Shown: positions 1 through 8,368 of the stretch, one piece after another
Position numbering within the stretch: position 1 is the stretch's first letter
Layout: the number at the start of each line of letters is the position of its first letter
NCBI GenBank assembly: GCA_039935515.1
Contig: JBDTKD010000175.1
Location: forward strand, 1-37,117
Length of the DNA: 37,117 nucleotides
Reading direction: 5' to 3'
From: Bradyrhizobium sp.
GTDB taxonomy: Bacteria; Pseudomonadota; Alphaproteobacteria; Rhizobiales; Xanthobacteraceae
Translations under genes and position numbers: made by a program
Notes under the pieces: generated by a model
Databases searched by the model: none
The model's input: the letters and a program-made list of their open reading frames with translations, nothing else
What the model was told of the DNA's origin: nothing

Positions 1-657
1 GCCGCGCTGTTGCCCTATGGATCCGGCAACGCCTGGATCAGCATGGTGCTGGTGGCCGCGCTGTGGCGCCGCCGAGGCCTTGCGACAAGACTGGTCGACG
101 CCTGCCTCTTAGCGGCGGCCCGGCAGCGCCTCACCCCCTGGCTCGACGCGACGCCGGCGGGCGCTGCGGTTTATGGCCCGTTGGGTTTCACGCCGACGCT
201 GCAGTTGCGACGGTTGCGGCTGGAGAATTCCAACCGAACGGAGGCCGGCGCACCGCAGTTGCAGGCCGGCAACGCCGATGACTTCGCGGCGCGCGATCGG
301 CGCGCCATGGGTTTTGATCGCAGCATCCTGCTGGCGGAGTTTTGTGGACGTCCGAACGCGCGGCTGTTGTCAGGCGGGAATGCCATCGGCCTGGTTCGCG
401 GCGGCCGTACCTCCCGCCACATCGGTCCGCTGTTCGCGGACCACCCGGATCAGGCGCTGGCCCTAGTCGATGCGATCGTTCGCTGCGAAACCGGCGCGGT
501 GCTGATTGACGTCGTCAGCACGCAAGGCGCGTTTATCGAGGGGCTGACGGCGCGTGGCTGGATCGTCGAGCGGCCGTTTCAGCGCATGCGGTTTGGTGGC
601 GCCGCGACGGCCGCAGCGGAGCCGCCGTTTGCCGTCGCCGGACCCGAATATGGATAA
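1..657 (+). CDS. GNAT-family N-acetyltransferase with YitH-like C-terminal domain (5'-truncated by window edge)
   Basis: Frame is open from base 1. Acetyl-CoA motif A VLV..WRRRGLATRL, then LDATPAGAAVYGPLGF and a C-terminal IGPLFAD segment. Confidence 0.85.
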   Translation, partial: AALLPYGSGNAWISMVLVAALWRRRGLATRLVDACLLAAARQRLTPWLDATPAGAAVYGPLGFTPTLQLRRLRLENSNRTEAGAPQLQAGNADDFAARDRRAMGFDRSILLAEFCGRPNARLLSGGNAIGLVRGGRTSRHIGPLFADHPDQALALVDAIVRCETGAVLIDVVSTQGAFIEGLTARGWIVERPFQRMRFGGAATAAAEPPFAVAGPEYG

Positions 658-669
658 GGATGGCGCGAC

Positions 670-1725
670 ATGCATCATAGCCAGATGAAGCCCGAGGTGC
701 GGCGGCTGATCGCCGAAGGTACGGTGCTCCCCGCCCATCCGCTGGCGCTCGACGCCAGCCGCGGCCTCGATACGGTTCATCAGCGCGCGCTGACGCGCTA
801 TTACATCGACGCCGGCGCCGGCGGACTTGCGGTCGGCGTCCACACCACGCAATTCGCCATCCGCGAAGCCGGGCTGTACCGGCCGGTGCTGGAACTGGCG
901 GCGGAAACCGCGGCAAACTGGACCAGCCGTCCGCTGGCGCTGGTTGCGGGCCTGGTGGGGCCGACATCGCAGGCCGTGACTGAAGCGAAGATCGCGCGCG
1001 GCATCGGCTATCATGCCGGGTTGCTCAGCCTGGCGGCGATGAAATCCGCCTCCGACGACGACATCATCGCCCATTGCGAGGCGGTGGCGCGCGAAATTCC
1101 GCTGGTCGGGTTCTATCTGCAGCCAGCGGTCGGCGGCGTGATCCTGAGCGCGGAGTTCTGGCGCCGCTTCGCCGCGATCGACAATGTCATCGCCATCAAG
1201 ATCGCGCCGTTCAATCGTTACCGCACGCTCGACGTGTTGCGCGGCGTCAGCGCCGCCGGCGCGCTCGACCGGGTCGCGCTCTATACCGGCAATGACGACC
1301 ATATCCTGCTCGACCTCGTGCTGCCGTTCGACCTGCGCGACCGGGGTGTCACCACCCGCGCCTATTTCCGCGGCGGCCTGCTCGGCCACTGGTCGGTGTG
1401 GACCGCGACCGCGATCCGGCAATTCGAGATGTGTCGCGCCGCGCGCGGCAACGACACGCTGCCGGCCGATCTGCTGGCGCTCGATGCCCGCGTCACCGAC
1501 TGCAACAGCGCGTTCTTCGACGTCGCCAACAATTTTCACGGCTGCATCGCCGGCTGCCACGAAATCCTGCGGCGGCAGGGGCTGATGGAAGGGATCCGGT
1601 GTCTCGATCCCGCCGAGGGCCTCGGCCCCGGCCAGATGGTCGAGATCAACCGGGTCTGCCGCGAGCACGCCGACCTCAGCGACGACGCCTTTGTCGCCTC
1701 CCATTTGCAGAAATGGCTGGCATGA
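670..1725 (+). CDS. DapA/dihydrodipicolinate synthase-family class I aldolase/lyase (divergent)
   Basis: 351 aa, RBS AAGGA upstream. GLAVGVHTTQF replaces GxTGE. Tyr in FYLQP, Schiff-base Lys in IAIKIA, YTGND motif. Confidence 0.8.
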   Translation: MHHSQMKPEVRRLIAEGTVLPAHPLALDASRGLDTVHQRALTRYYIDAGAGGLAVGVHTTQFAIREAGLYRPVLELAAETAANWTSRPLALVAGLVGPTSQAVTEAKIARGIGYHAGLLSLAAMKSASDDDIIAHCEAVAREIPLVGFYLQPAVGGVILSAEFWRRFAAIDNVIAIKIAPFNRYRTLDVLRGVSAAGALDRVALYTGNDDHILLDLVLPFDLRDRGVTTRAYFRGGLLGHWSVWTATAIRQFEMCRAARGNDTLPADLLALDARVTDCNSAFFDVANNFHGCIAGCHEILRRQGLMEGIRCLDPAEGLGPGQMVEINRVCREHADLSDDAFVASHLQKWLA

Positions 1726-2504
1726 GCGAGCCGGAAAGCCCATTCATCCGTCTGCGCAATGTCCGCAAGGTCTATCGTTCGGGGAGCGAGGACTTCCTCG
1801 CGGTCTCCGACGTCACCATGGATGTGCAGGAGGGCGAACTGGTCTCGCTGGTCGGCCCCTCCGGTTGCGGCAAGACCACCATCCTCAAGATACTGGCCGG
1901 GCTTCACGAAGCGAGCGGCGGCACCATCCAGATCGGCAATGCGCGCACGCCGTTCGATCCCGCGCGCGACATCGGCATGGTGTTCCAGCAGGCGTTGCTG
2001 CTGAAATGGCGGACCGTTCTCGACAACGTGCTGTTGCCGGCGGAGATCGTCGGCCTGCCGATGAAAACCGCCCACGCCCGCGCGCGGGATCTTCTCCATC
2101 TGGTCGGGCTTGCCGGCTATGAGGACAAGTATCCGCAGCAATTGTCGGGCGGAATGCAGCAGCGCACGGCGATCGCGCGCGCCTTCATCCACGATCCAAA
2201 GCTGATCCTGATGGATGAACCGTTCGGAGCGCTCGACGCCCTGACCCGCGAGCAGATGAACCTCGAGATGCTGCGGATCTGGCGCGAGAGCGGCAAGACC
2301 ATCATCTTTGTCACGCACAGCATCCAGGAGGCGGTGTTCCTCGCCTCGCATTGCGCGGTGCTGACCGCGAGCCCGGCGCGCATGGCGGAATACTTCCCGA
2401 TCGAGCTGCCGTTTCCGCGCGCACTGCCGATCAAGACCACGGACGAGTTCGGCGCCTATGCAAGGCGAATTTATGCGAGCCTCGGGCTGGGCGCCAGCGC
2501 CTAG
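1722..2504 (+). CDS. NitT/TauT-family ABC transporter ATP-binding protein
   Basis: ATG overlaps the upstream stop (ATGA). Walker A GPSGCGKT, signature LSGGMQQR, Walker B ILMDEPFGALD, VTH switch. 260 aa. Confidence 0.92.
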   Translation: MSEPESPFIRLRNVRKVYRSGSEDFLAVSDVTMDVQEGELVSLVGPSGCGKTTILKILAGLHEASGGTIQIGNARTPFDPARDIGMVFQQALLLKWRTVLDNVLLPAEIVGLPMKTAHARARDLLHLVGLAGYEDKYPQQLSGGMQQRTAIARAFIHDPKLILMDEPFGALDALTREQMNLEMLRIWRESGKTIIFVTHSIQEAVFLASHCAVLTASPARMAEYFPIELPFPRALPIKTTDEFGAYARRIYASLGLGASA

Positions 2505-2522
2505 TTGGCTTGCCGCCAGCGG

Positions 2523-2646
2523 GGCTTCATCCTTCGAGACGCGCGCAAGAGCGCGCTCCTCAGGATGAGGTCTTCTTCCCTGGATGAGAGGCTAGACCCT
2601 CATGGTGAGGAGCGCGGCAACGCCGCGCGTCTCGAACCGCGAGGCC
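2523..2646. repeat. REP-like family A inverted doublet
   Basis: catccttcgagacgcgc..gcgctcctcaggatgagg (2528-2570) faces cctcatggtgaggagcgcggcaacgccgcgcgtctcgaaccgcgagg (2598-2644). Lies between convergent genes. The same units recur at five other loci. Confidence 0.9.
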
Positions 2647-2675
2647 CCGAATGCGCCATCATGGCTCGAGCCAGT

Positions 2676-3056
2676 TCAGCTGGCCGCTTCATCGCTGACC
2701 GGCGAGGTGATGACCAGGAACACCAGGTCGACCAGGCCGGAATTGGAAATCGCGTGCTCGACCCCGGGCGGCAGGAAGATGACATCGTGCTTGCGCACGA
2801 CATGGTTTTTGCCGGCGATCTCCATCAGCCCCTCGCCTTCCAGGACGTGGTAGATCTGTTCCTGAACCCGGTGCTGGTGGCGGGCGACATAGGCCATCGG
2901 CTGGTACATCGAGATCCGGTAATCGAGGTGACGCGCGCCGGCCGTCTCCGGCATCACCAGCGGCTTCGACAAGGCGCCGCCGAAATGGTTGGGAAATTCG
3001 CGCCACGGCACTTCGGCGATGTTGCGGATGAAGGCGCCGTTCTCTTCAAAGGCCAT
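2676..3056 (-). CDS. Cupin-domain protein
   Basis: Start MAFEENG with RBS GAAGGA. HQHRVQEQIYHVLEGEG and PPGVEH cupin metal motifs. 126 aa. Confidence 0.88.
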   Translation of the reverse strand: MAFEENGAFIRNIAEVPWREFPNHFGGALSKPLVMPETAGARHLDYRISMYQPMAYVARHQHRVQEQIYHVLEGEGLMEIAGKNHVVRKHDVIFLPPGVEHAISNSGLVDLVFLVITSPVSDEAAS

Positions 3057-3103
3057 TGTCGTTTTCCTTCTGCACAATGCAACCGCCTCGAGCTGAACGA
3101 CCG

Positions 3104-4906
3104 TCAGGTCGGTTGGTATTTTTCTCCGATGCCGGCCTTGCTTTGCCCGAGCCCCGGCAGCTCCCAGACACCGGCGCCGCTCGGATTGATGTCGGCGGCG
3201 ATGTCGACGTCGATCAGATACGGCTTGTTGGCGGCGATCCCCTTGCGGATCGCCTCGCCAAGATCGCCGGCGCGATCGACCCGCACGCCTTCCACGCCGC
3301 AGGCGCGCGCCATTGCGGCAAAGTCCGGATTGTAGCGCTCGCCGGTGTTCGGATCGTGGAAATCGGTCGCGAGCTCTCGGCCGCCGAGATAGCCGCGCTG
3401 CAGGCCGCGGATCGAGGCGTAAGCATAGTTGTTCCAGACCACCCAGACCACGGGCAGATTGTATTCGACCGCCGTGCCCAGCACATTGGCGTGCATGAAG
3501 AACGCGCCGTCGCCGCACACCGAGACGCAGGGCCGGTCCGGCGCCGCGAACTTGGCGCCCATGACGCCGGCAACCCCGAAACCCATCGGGCCAAAACCCA
3601 TCGAACCGATCAGCGAGTCCGGCCGCTTCGGCTTGCAGAAGCTCAGCAGCCAATTGTGATGCACGCCGATGTCGCTGACCAGGATGGCATCCTCGGGCAG
3701 CGCCTTGTCGATCTCGTGCGCGGCGCGCTGCGGATTGATCGGCGTCGTGTCGTCGGAGAAGCCGGGCGCCACGAACCTGTCCCACTCCTGGCGATAGGTG
3801 TCGATCTGCGCCAGCCACTTGCGGCGGGCGTCGGCGCGGTGGGTGAGATCGGCGCGGCGATCGAGTTCGGCATGAATCTGGCGCAGGAAAGTGCGCACGT
3901 CGGCCATCAGGCCGAGCGCCACCGGATAGTTGCGGCCGATCTCCTCGGGGTCGATGTCGACGTGAATGAGCCTGGTCGGCGGAATGGTGAAGGAATAGCC
4001 GGGGATCCACGAACTCGAAGTGCGGTCGTCAAAACGCACGCCCAGCGCCAGCAGCACGTCGGCCTGGCGCGTCGCGTGATTGGCCTGATAATGACCGGCC
4101 CGCGCGACCAAACCCAGTGCGAGCGGATGATGGCAATCGAGCGCGCCAAGGCCGCTGGCCGATGCCGCCACCGGAATCTGCAGGCGCTCGGCGAGCTTCA
4201 ACAGTTCGGCGGCGGCGCCGCCGTAGCGCACGCCCTGCCCGACCAGCATCACCGGACGCTCGGCGCCGAGCAGCATGTCGACCGCTGTCGCGACGCCGTC
4301 CGGATCGGCGCCGCAACGGCTGGAGATATTGCCGTTCCAGGTCTTGGCGTCGGGCGCCTGTTCGGCAGCCGATTCCATGAACACGTCAAAGGGAACATCC
4401 AGCACCACCGGACCCGGACGGCCTGTCGTCATGGTCTTCCAGGCCTGCCGGACCGCGAGCGGCACCATCTCGCCGCGGGTCGGCTGAAACACCTTCTTGC
4501 AGTAGGAGCGCACGGTCGACGGAAAGTCCGCCTGGTAATGCCGATACAATTCCTGAAACGCGCCGCGGTTGAACTGGCTGGTCGGCACATTGCCGGTAAC
4601 CGCCATGAACGGCACCGAATCGAGAAAGGCGTTGCCGAGCGAGATCGGCAGGTTGGCCGAACCCGGCCCGCAGGAGGTGAAGGTGGCGGTCGGCCGCCCG
4701 GAGACCCGGTAATAGACGTCCGCCATGAAGCCGGCAACGCTCTCATGATGAACCGAAATGGCCTTGATATCGTGCGAGCGTTCGTACAGCGCATCGATGA
4801 ACTGGATATTGCCGTGGCCGCACAGACCAAACACCTGCGGCACTTTTTCCTGGATCAAATAGTCGACAATGACTTGAGCCCCATTGAGCGCGTTGCGCGG
4901 CGACAT
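3104..4906 (-). CDS. Thiamine diphosphate-dependent enzyme, acetolactate synthase large-subunit-like
   Basis: Start MSPRNALNG with RBS GGGAGAG. HHESVAGFMAD (catalytic Glu), GRPGPVVLDVP, ThDP motif GDGAF..WNN. 600 aa. Confidence 0.9.
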   Translation of the reverse strand: MSPRNALNGAQVIVDYLIQEKVPQVFGLCGHGNIQFIDALYERSHDIKAISVHHESVAGFMADVYYRVSGRPTATFTSCGPGSANLPISLGNAFLDSVPFMAVTGNVPTSQFNRGAFQELYRHYQADFPSTVRSYCKKVFQPTRGEMVPLAVRQAWKTMTTGRPGPVVLDVPFDVFMESAAEQAPDAKTWNGNISSRCGADPDGVATAVDMLLGAERPVMLVGQGVRYGGAAAELLKLAERLQIPVAASASGLGALDCHHPLALGLVARAGHYQANHATRQADVLLALGVRFDDRTSSSWIPGYSFTIPPTRLIHVDIDPEEIGRNYPVALGLMADVRTFLRQIHAELDRRADLTHRADARRKWLAQIDTYRQEWDRFVAPGFSDDTTPINPQRAAHEIDKALPEDAILVSDIGVHHNWLLSFCKPKRPDSLIGSMGFGPMGFGVAGVMGAKFAAPDRPCVSVCGDGAFFMHANVLGTAVEYNLPVVWVVWNNYAYASIRGLQRGYLGGRELATDFHDPNTGERYNPDFAAMARACGVEGVRVDRAGDLGEAIRKGIAANKPYLIDVDIAADINPSGAGVWELPGLGQSKAGIGEKYQPT

Positions 4907-4986
4907 CGGATCACTCTCCCAGTCAGGCAGTACCGGAGGAACGGTCGGAAGCGCGCCGCCGTTCACATCGTTATCCAGCGCGCGGC

Positions 4987-5015
4987 ACCCTATTTCTCAT
5001 AATACTGTACGTCAA
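4987..5015 (-). promoter_or_regulatory. Candidate sigma70 promoter for the ThDP enzyme-cupin operon
   Basis: Minus strand reads TTGACG-N17-TAGGGT in an AT-rich patch of the divergent intergenic region. Confidence 0.5.
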
Positions 5016-5116
5016 TTGATATTGTGGTAGGCTTGTCGCACCAGCAACGGCCGGCGCTGTTGATGGATGCGGCTCGCCTGATACAGTTCGGCAACCGTCG
5101 CGTGGAGGCTCGAGGC

Positions 5117-6010
5117 GTGAGATCGCGTACCAAACCAAAGCCCAACGAGAAGCCGGCCGCTGCGCGCAAGACCGCCATCGCCAGGCTCGTGCCGCCTCCC
5201 GGAGGCGACATCGATGATGACGCCGACGACCGTCAGCGCGTCGGCGTGCAGTCGCTCGGCCGCGGCTTTGCAATCCTCGAGGAAGTTGCGCGTCACCGCG
5301 AGGGCGTTGGGCTTGCGGAGTTGAGCAAACTGGTCGGCCTGCACAATTCGACCACGTTCCACCTCGCCAAGACCATGGTGTCGCTGGGCTATCTGCGGCA
5401 GGCGCGGGATTCCAGGCGTTACCGCGTTGGCCGGCCGCTGTTTGCGCTTGCCGCCAGCGCGCTGGACGAGATCGAGATGGTGAATGTCGCGACGCCGGTG
5501 CTGGAAGACCTGTCGCGGGAAAGCGGCGAAAGCGGCCATTTCGCCGTACGCATGGGCGACGCTGTCGTTGTGATCGCCCGCACCAGCGGTCCCGGCGCCT
5601 TTCAACTGACCGATCGGGTCGGCGTAGTGCGTCCCGCCCATTGCACCGCGCTTGGCAAGATCATCCTCGCCTCGCTCCGGCCCGATCAACTGAAGCGCTT
5701 CCTCGAGCGCGTCGACATGAAGCCATCGACCGACAAATCGATCACCGACATTGCGGCGCTGCTAAGCGAAATTGCCGAGGTCAAGCACAGCGGTATTGCG
5801 TTCGATGACGGCGAATTCAATCCGGAGGTGCGCTGCATCGCTGTTCCAGTAATGGATTTTACCGGCCAGACCGTCGGCGCGCTCGGCATTTCCGGCCCGA
5901 TCTGGCGGCTTTCCGATCAGGCGTTGCAGGGCCACGCCAGGATCGTGCGGGCGGCCGCCAATCGCCTGTCCGCGGAATTTGGCGCCCGAAGCCTCGCCAA
6001 ACCCTCCTAA
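5117..6010 (+). CDS. IclR-family transcriptional regulator
   Basis: VQSLGRGFAILE..LAELSKLVGLHNSTTFHLAKT HTH, HCTALGK and RCIAVPV..ALGISGP effector domain. GTG start chosen after GGAGG/GAGG, start uncertain. Confidence 0.9.
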   Translation: MRSRTKPKPNEKPAAARKTAIARLVPPPGGDIDDDADDRQRVGVQSLGRGFAILEEVARHREGVGLAELSKLVGLHNSTTFHLAKTMVSLGYLRQARDSRRYRVGRPLFALAASALDEIEMVNVATPVLEDLSRESGESGHFAVRMGDAVVVIARTSGPGAFQLTDRVGVVRPAHCTALGKIILASLRPDQLKRFLERVDMKPSTDKSITDIAALLSEIAEVKHSGIAFDDGEFNPEVRCIAVPVMDFTGQTVGALGISGPIWRLSDQALQGHARIVRAAANRLSAEFGARSLAKPS

Positions 6011-6038
6011 AGCGCGACGCCGAAAATCGCATTTGGCG

Positions 6039-6067
6039 TTGACAGCGGCGACTGGCTCCGGAAATAT
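6039..6067 (+). promoter_or_regulatory. Possible sigma70 promoter for the Liv-type ABC operon
   Basis: Perfect TTGACA at 6039-6044 followed by AT-rich sequence. The -10 (AAATAT at a 17-bp spacing) is weak. Confidence 0.35.
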
Positions 6068-6153
6068 CATTTAACAATAGAAAAACGCCTCTCACATTCT
6101 CGCATAGGGAATCGAAGGGAGACATCGCGACCGACCCCGGGAGGAGACCCACG

Positions 6154-7392
6154 ATGATCCGCTACAGCCGACGAACCCTGCTGAAGGCGAGCGCTGCGCT
6201 CGCCGGCGCTTCGACGATCGGATCTCCGTCCATCGTCCGCGGCCAGACCGAAAAGATCAAAATCGGCCATTTGACGCCGTTGACCGGCTTTCTCGGCGCG
6301 CTCGGCGCTTACGCCCAACTCGGCATCCGCCTCGCCGAAGAGGAAATCAACCACGCCGGCGGCGTGATGGGCCGCCAGCTCGACATCACGTCTGAAGACT
6401 CAGTCAACCCCGCGACCGCCGCAACCAAGGCCCAGCGCATGCTGGACCAGGACGGCGTGGCAGTGCTGATGGGTGAGATCAACTCGGCCTCCGCGCTCAC
6501 CATCATGCAGGTCGCCGACCGCAACAAGCGGCTGTTCATGCAGATCGGCGCCCGCTCGGATGCACTGCGCGGCAAGAACTGCAACCGTTACACCTTCCAC
6601 GTCGATATCCCGAGCACGGTGATGGTCAACGCGGTCGGCAAGGCGTTGGTGCGTGACAACATGATGAAGGACAAGAAATTCTATACCCTCACCGCCGACT
6701 ATATTTTCGGCCATGACCTCGCCCGCGCCGCCAAATCGTTCTTCGACGCCAATGGCGGCAAGCTGATCGGCGACGAACTTGTCGCCACCGACGTCACCGA
6801 CTTCAGCCCCTATCTGCTGAAAATCCGTCAGTCCAAGCCGGACGTGGTGTGCTCCAACCTCGCCGGCAATCAGGTCACCACCCTGATCAAGCAATATGCC
6901 GAATTCGGCCTGCCCTATCCGATCGTCGGCTTCAACCTCAACACCGCCGACGCCTGGGCGGCCGGCGACGGCAATCTGAGCGGCACCTGGCCGACGGTTT
7001 GGTATCACACCCTCGACGTTCCGGCTTCGAAAACCTTCGTGGCGAGCTTCATCAGGAAATACGACAAGCCGCCCGAGAACCACGCCTGGATCGAATATGT
7101 CTCGCTGAAGATGATGGCGCAGGCCATGAACGAGACCAAGTCGACCGAGACCAACGCGCTGATCGCCCATTTCGAGAAGCAAACGCCGTTCGACATCCTG
7201 AAGGGACGGCAGGGTTATTTCAGGTCGTGGGATCACCAGCTCATGCAGGAGGCCTATCCTTTCACGGTCAAGCCCAAGGGCCAGGCCAAGGACAAGTGGG
7301 ACATGCTCGAACTCGGTGCGGCGATTCCGGGACCGAACGAATCGCTCGAGAGCATCGCCCTGACCAAGGAGCAGAACCCCTGCTCGATGTAA
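6154..7392 (+). CDS. Branched-chain amino acid-type (Liv/HAAT) ABC substrate-binding protein, Tat-exported
   Basis: RBS GGAGGAG. SRRTLLK twin-arginine signal, IKIGHLTPLTG, ADYIFGHD. 412 aa. Confidence 0.9.
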   Translation: MIRYSRRTLLKASAALAGASTIGSPSIVRGQTEKIKIGHLTPLTGFLGALGAYAQLGIRLAEEEINHAGGVMGRQLDITSEDSVNPATAATKAQRMLDQDGVAVLMGEINSASALTIMQVADRNKRLFMQIGARSDALRGKNCNRYTFHVDIPSTVMVNAVGKALVRDNMMKDKKFYTLTADYIFGHDLARAAKSFFDANGGKLIGDELVATDVTDFSPYLLKIRQSKPDVVCSNLAGNQVTTLIKQYAEFGLPYPIVGFNLNTADAWAAGDGNLSGTWPTVWYHTLDVPASKTFVASFIRKYDKPPENHAWIEYVSLKMMAQAMNETKSTETNALIAHFEKQTPFDILKGRQGYFRSWDHQLMQEAYPFTVKPKGQAKDKWDMLELGAAIPGPNESLESIALTKEQNPCSM

Positions 7393-7402
7393 CCGCCGCG
7401 TC

Positions 7403-7451
7403 GGCCGCCCGCCCCGCGCCCCGGTCCGGGGCGCGCCGGGTGACGGCCTTT
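7403..7451 (+). terminator. Intercistronic GC-rich stem-loop after the SBP gene (partial terminator or mRNA stabiliser)
   Basis: Perfect inverted repeat cgcgccccgg-t-ccggggcgcg (7415-7435) inside an outer ggccg..cggcc stem, followed by ttt. Confidence 0.5.
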
Positions 7452-7492
7452 ATCCGTTGCACCCGGCACCTGGTTTCTTCGCGGGATCGCGC

Positions 7493-8368
7493 ATGCAGTT
7501 CGAGTTCTTGCTGGAACAGGTGGTCAATGGCCTCGTGCTCGGCGGCTACTATCTGCTGATATCGCTCGGCCTGTCCTTGATCTTCAGCGTCGGCGGCGTC
7601 GTGAACCTGGCGCATGGCGCGTTCTACGCCCTCGGCGCCTATGCGTCGGTCGAAATCACCAGATATCTCGGCTTCGGTCCCGCGGTCGTGCTGTCGCCGG
7701 TTGCGGTCGCCATGCTGGGCATCCTGTTCGAGCGATATATCTTGCGCCGTTTCTACACCGCCGACCCGATCCTGAGCCTGCTCGTGACATTCGGGCTTGC
7801 CATGGTCGCCGAACAGGCGATCCGCATCATCTGGGGCTCGGCCCCGCTGGCAGCATCGATACCGCCGGCCCTTCGCGGCTCGGTCATCGTCGGCGACTTC
7901 CTGTTCTCGCGCTACCGCGTGATGTTGCTCGCGGTGGTGGCCGCGGTGCTGCTGGGCGTCTGGCTTTTGCTGCACAAGACTTCGTTCGGGCGGGTGGTCC
8001 GGGCCGGGATCCAGCGCCCCGACATGGTGGCTGCGCTGGGCATCCGGCTGCAGCCCTACATGACCGCCATCGTCATGCTGGGCGTCGGCATGGCCGCGAT
8101 GGGCGGCGCCTTCTTCGCCCCGATCACGATCGTGCACCCGGCCATGGGATCCGAAGTCATCACCGTCGCCTTTGTCGTGGTGGTGATCGGCGGTCTCGGC
8201 AGTTTCTGGGGTGTCGTGCTCGCAGCCCTCCTGGTCGGCGTCGTGCGCGGCATCACCATCCACTTCGCGCCGGCGGCCGGTGAAGCGTCGATCTACCTGT
8301 TGATGTTTGCCGTGTTGCTGGTGCGGCCCCGCGGCCTGCTTGGCGAACGCATCGAGAAATTCGAATGA
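7493..8368 (+). CDS. livH: Liv-type ABC transporter permease (LivH-like)
   Basis: QVVNGLVLGGYY..GLSLIF..VVNLAHG, TSFGRVVRA, VVVIGGLGS motifs. Hydrophobic, 291 aa. Confidence 0.88.
   Translation: MQFEFLLEQVVNGLVLGGYYLLISLGLSLIFSVGGVVNLAHGAFYALGAYASVEITRYLGFGPAVVLSPVAVAMLGILFERYILRRFYTADPILSLLVTFGLAMVAEQAIRIIWGSAPLAASIPPALRGSVIVGDFLFSRYRVMLLAVVAAVLLGVWLLLHKTSFGRVVRAGIQRPDMVAALGIRLQPYMTAIVMLGVGMAAMGGAFFAPITIVHPAMGSEVITVAFVVVVIGGLGSFWGVVLAALLVGVVRGITIHFAPAAGEASIYLLMFAVLLVRPRGLLGERIEKFE

Noticed and set aside
670-4906. Gene symbols dapA and ilvB/ilvI
   Set aside because: The DHDPS GxTGE motif is altered, no ilvH or ilvC is present and the context is catabolic, so only family-level calls are supported.
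4992-6112. IclR operator candidates (atttctcataatactg near 4992 and attctcgcatagggaat at 6096-6112)
   Set aside because: The two sequences share too little for a defensible consensus by eye.
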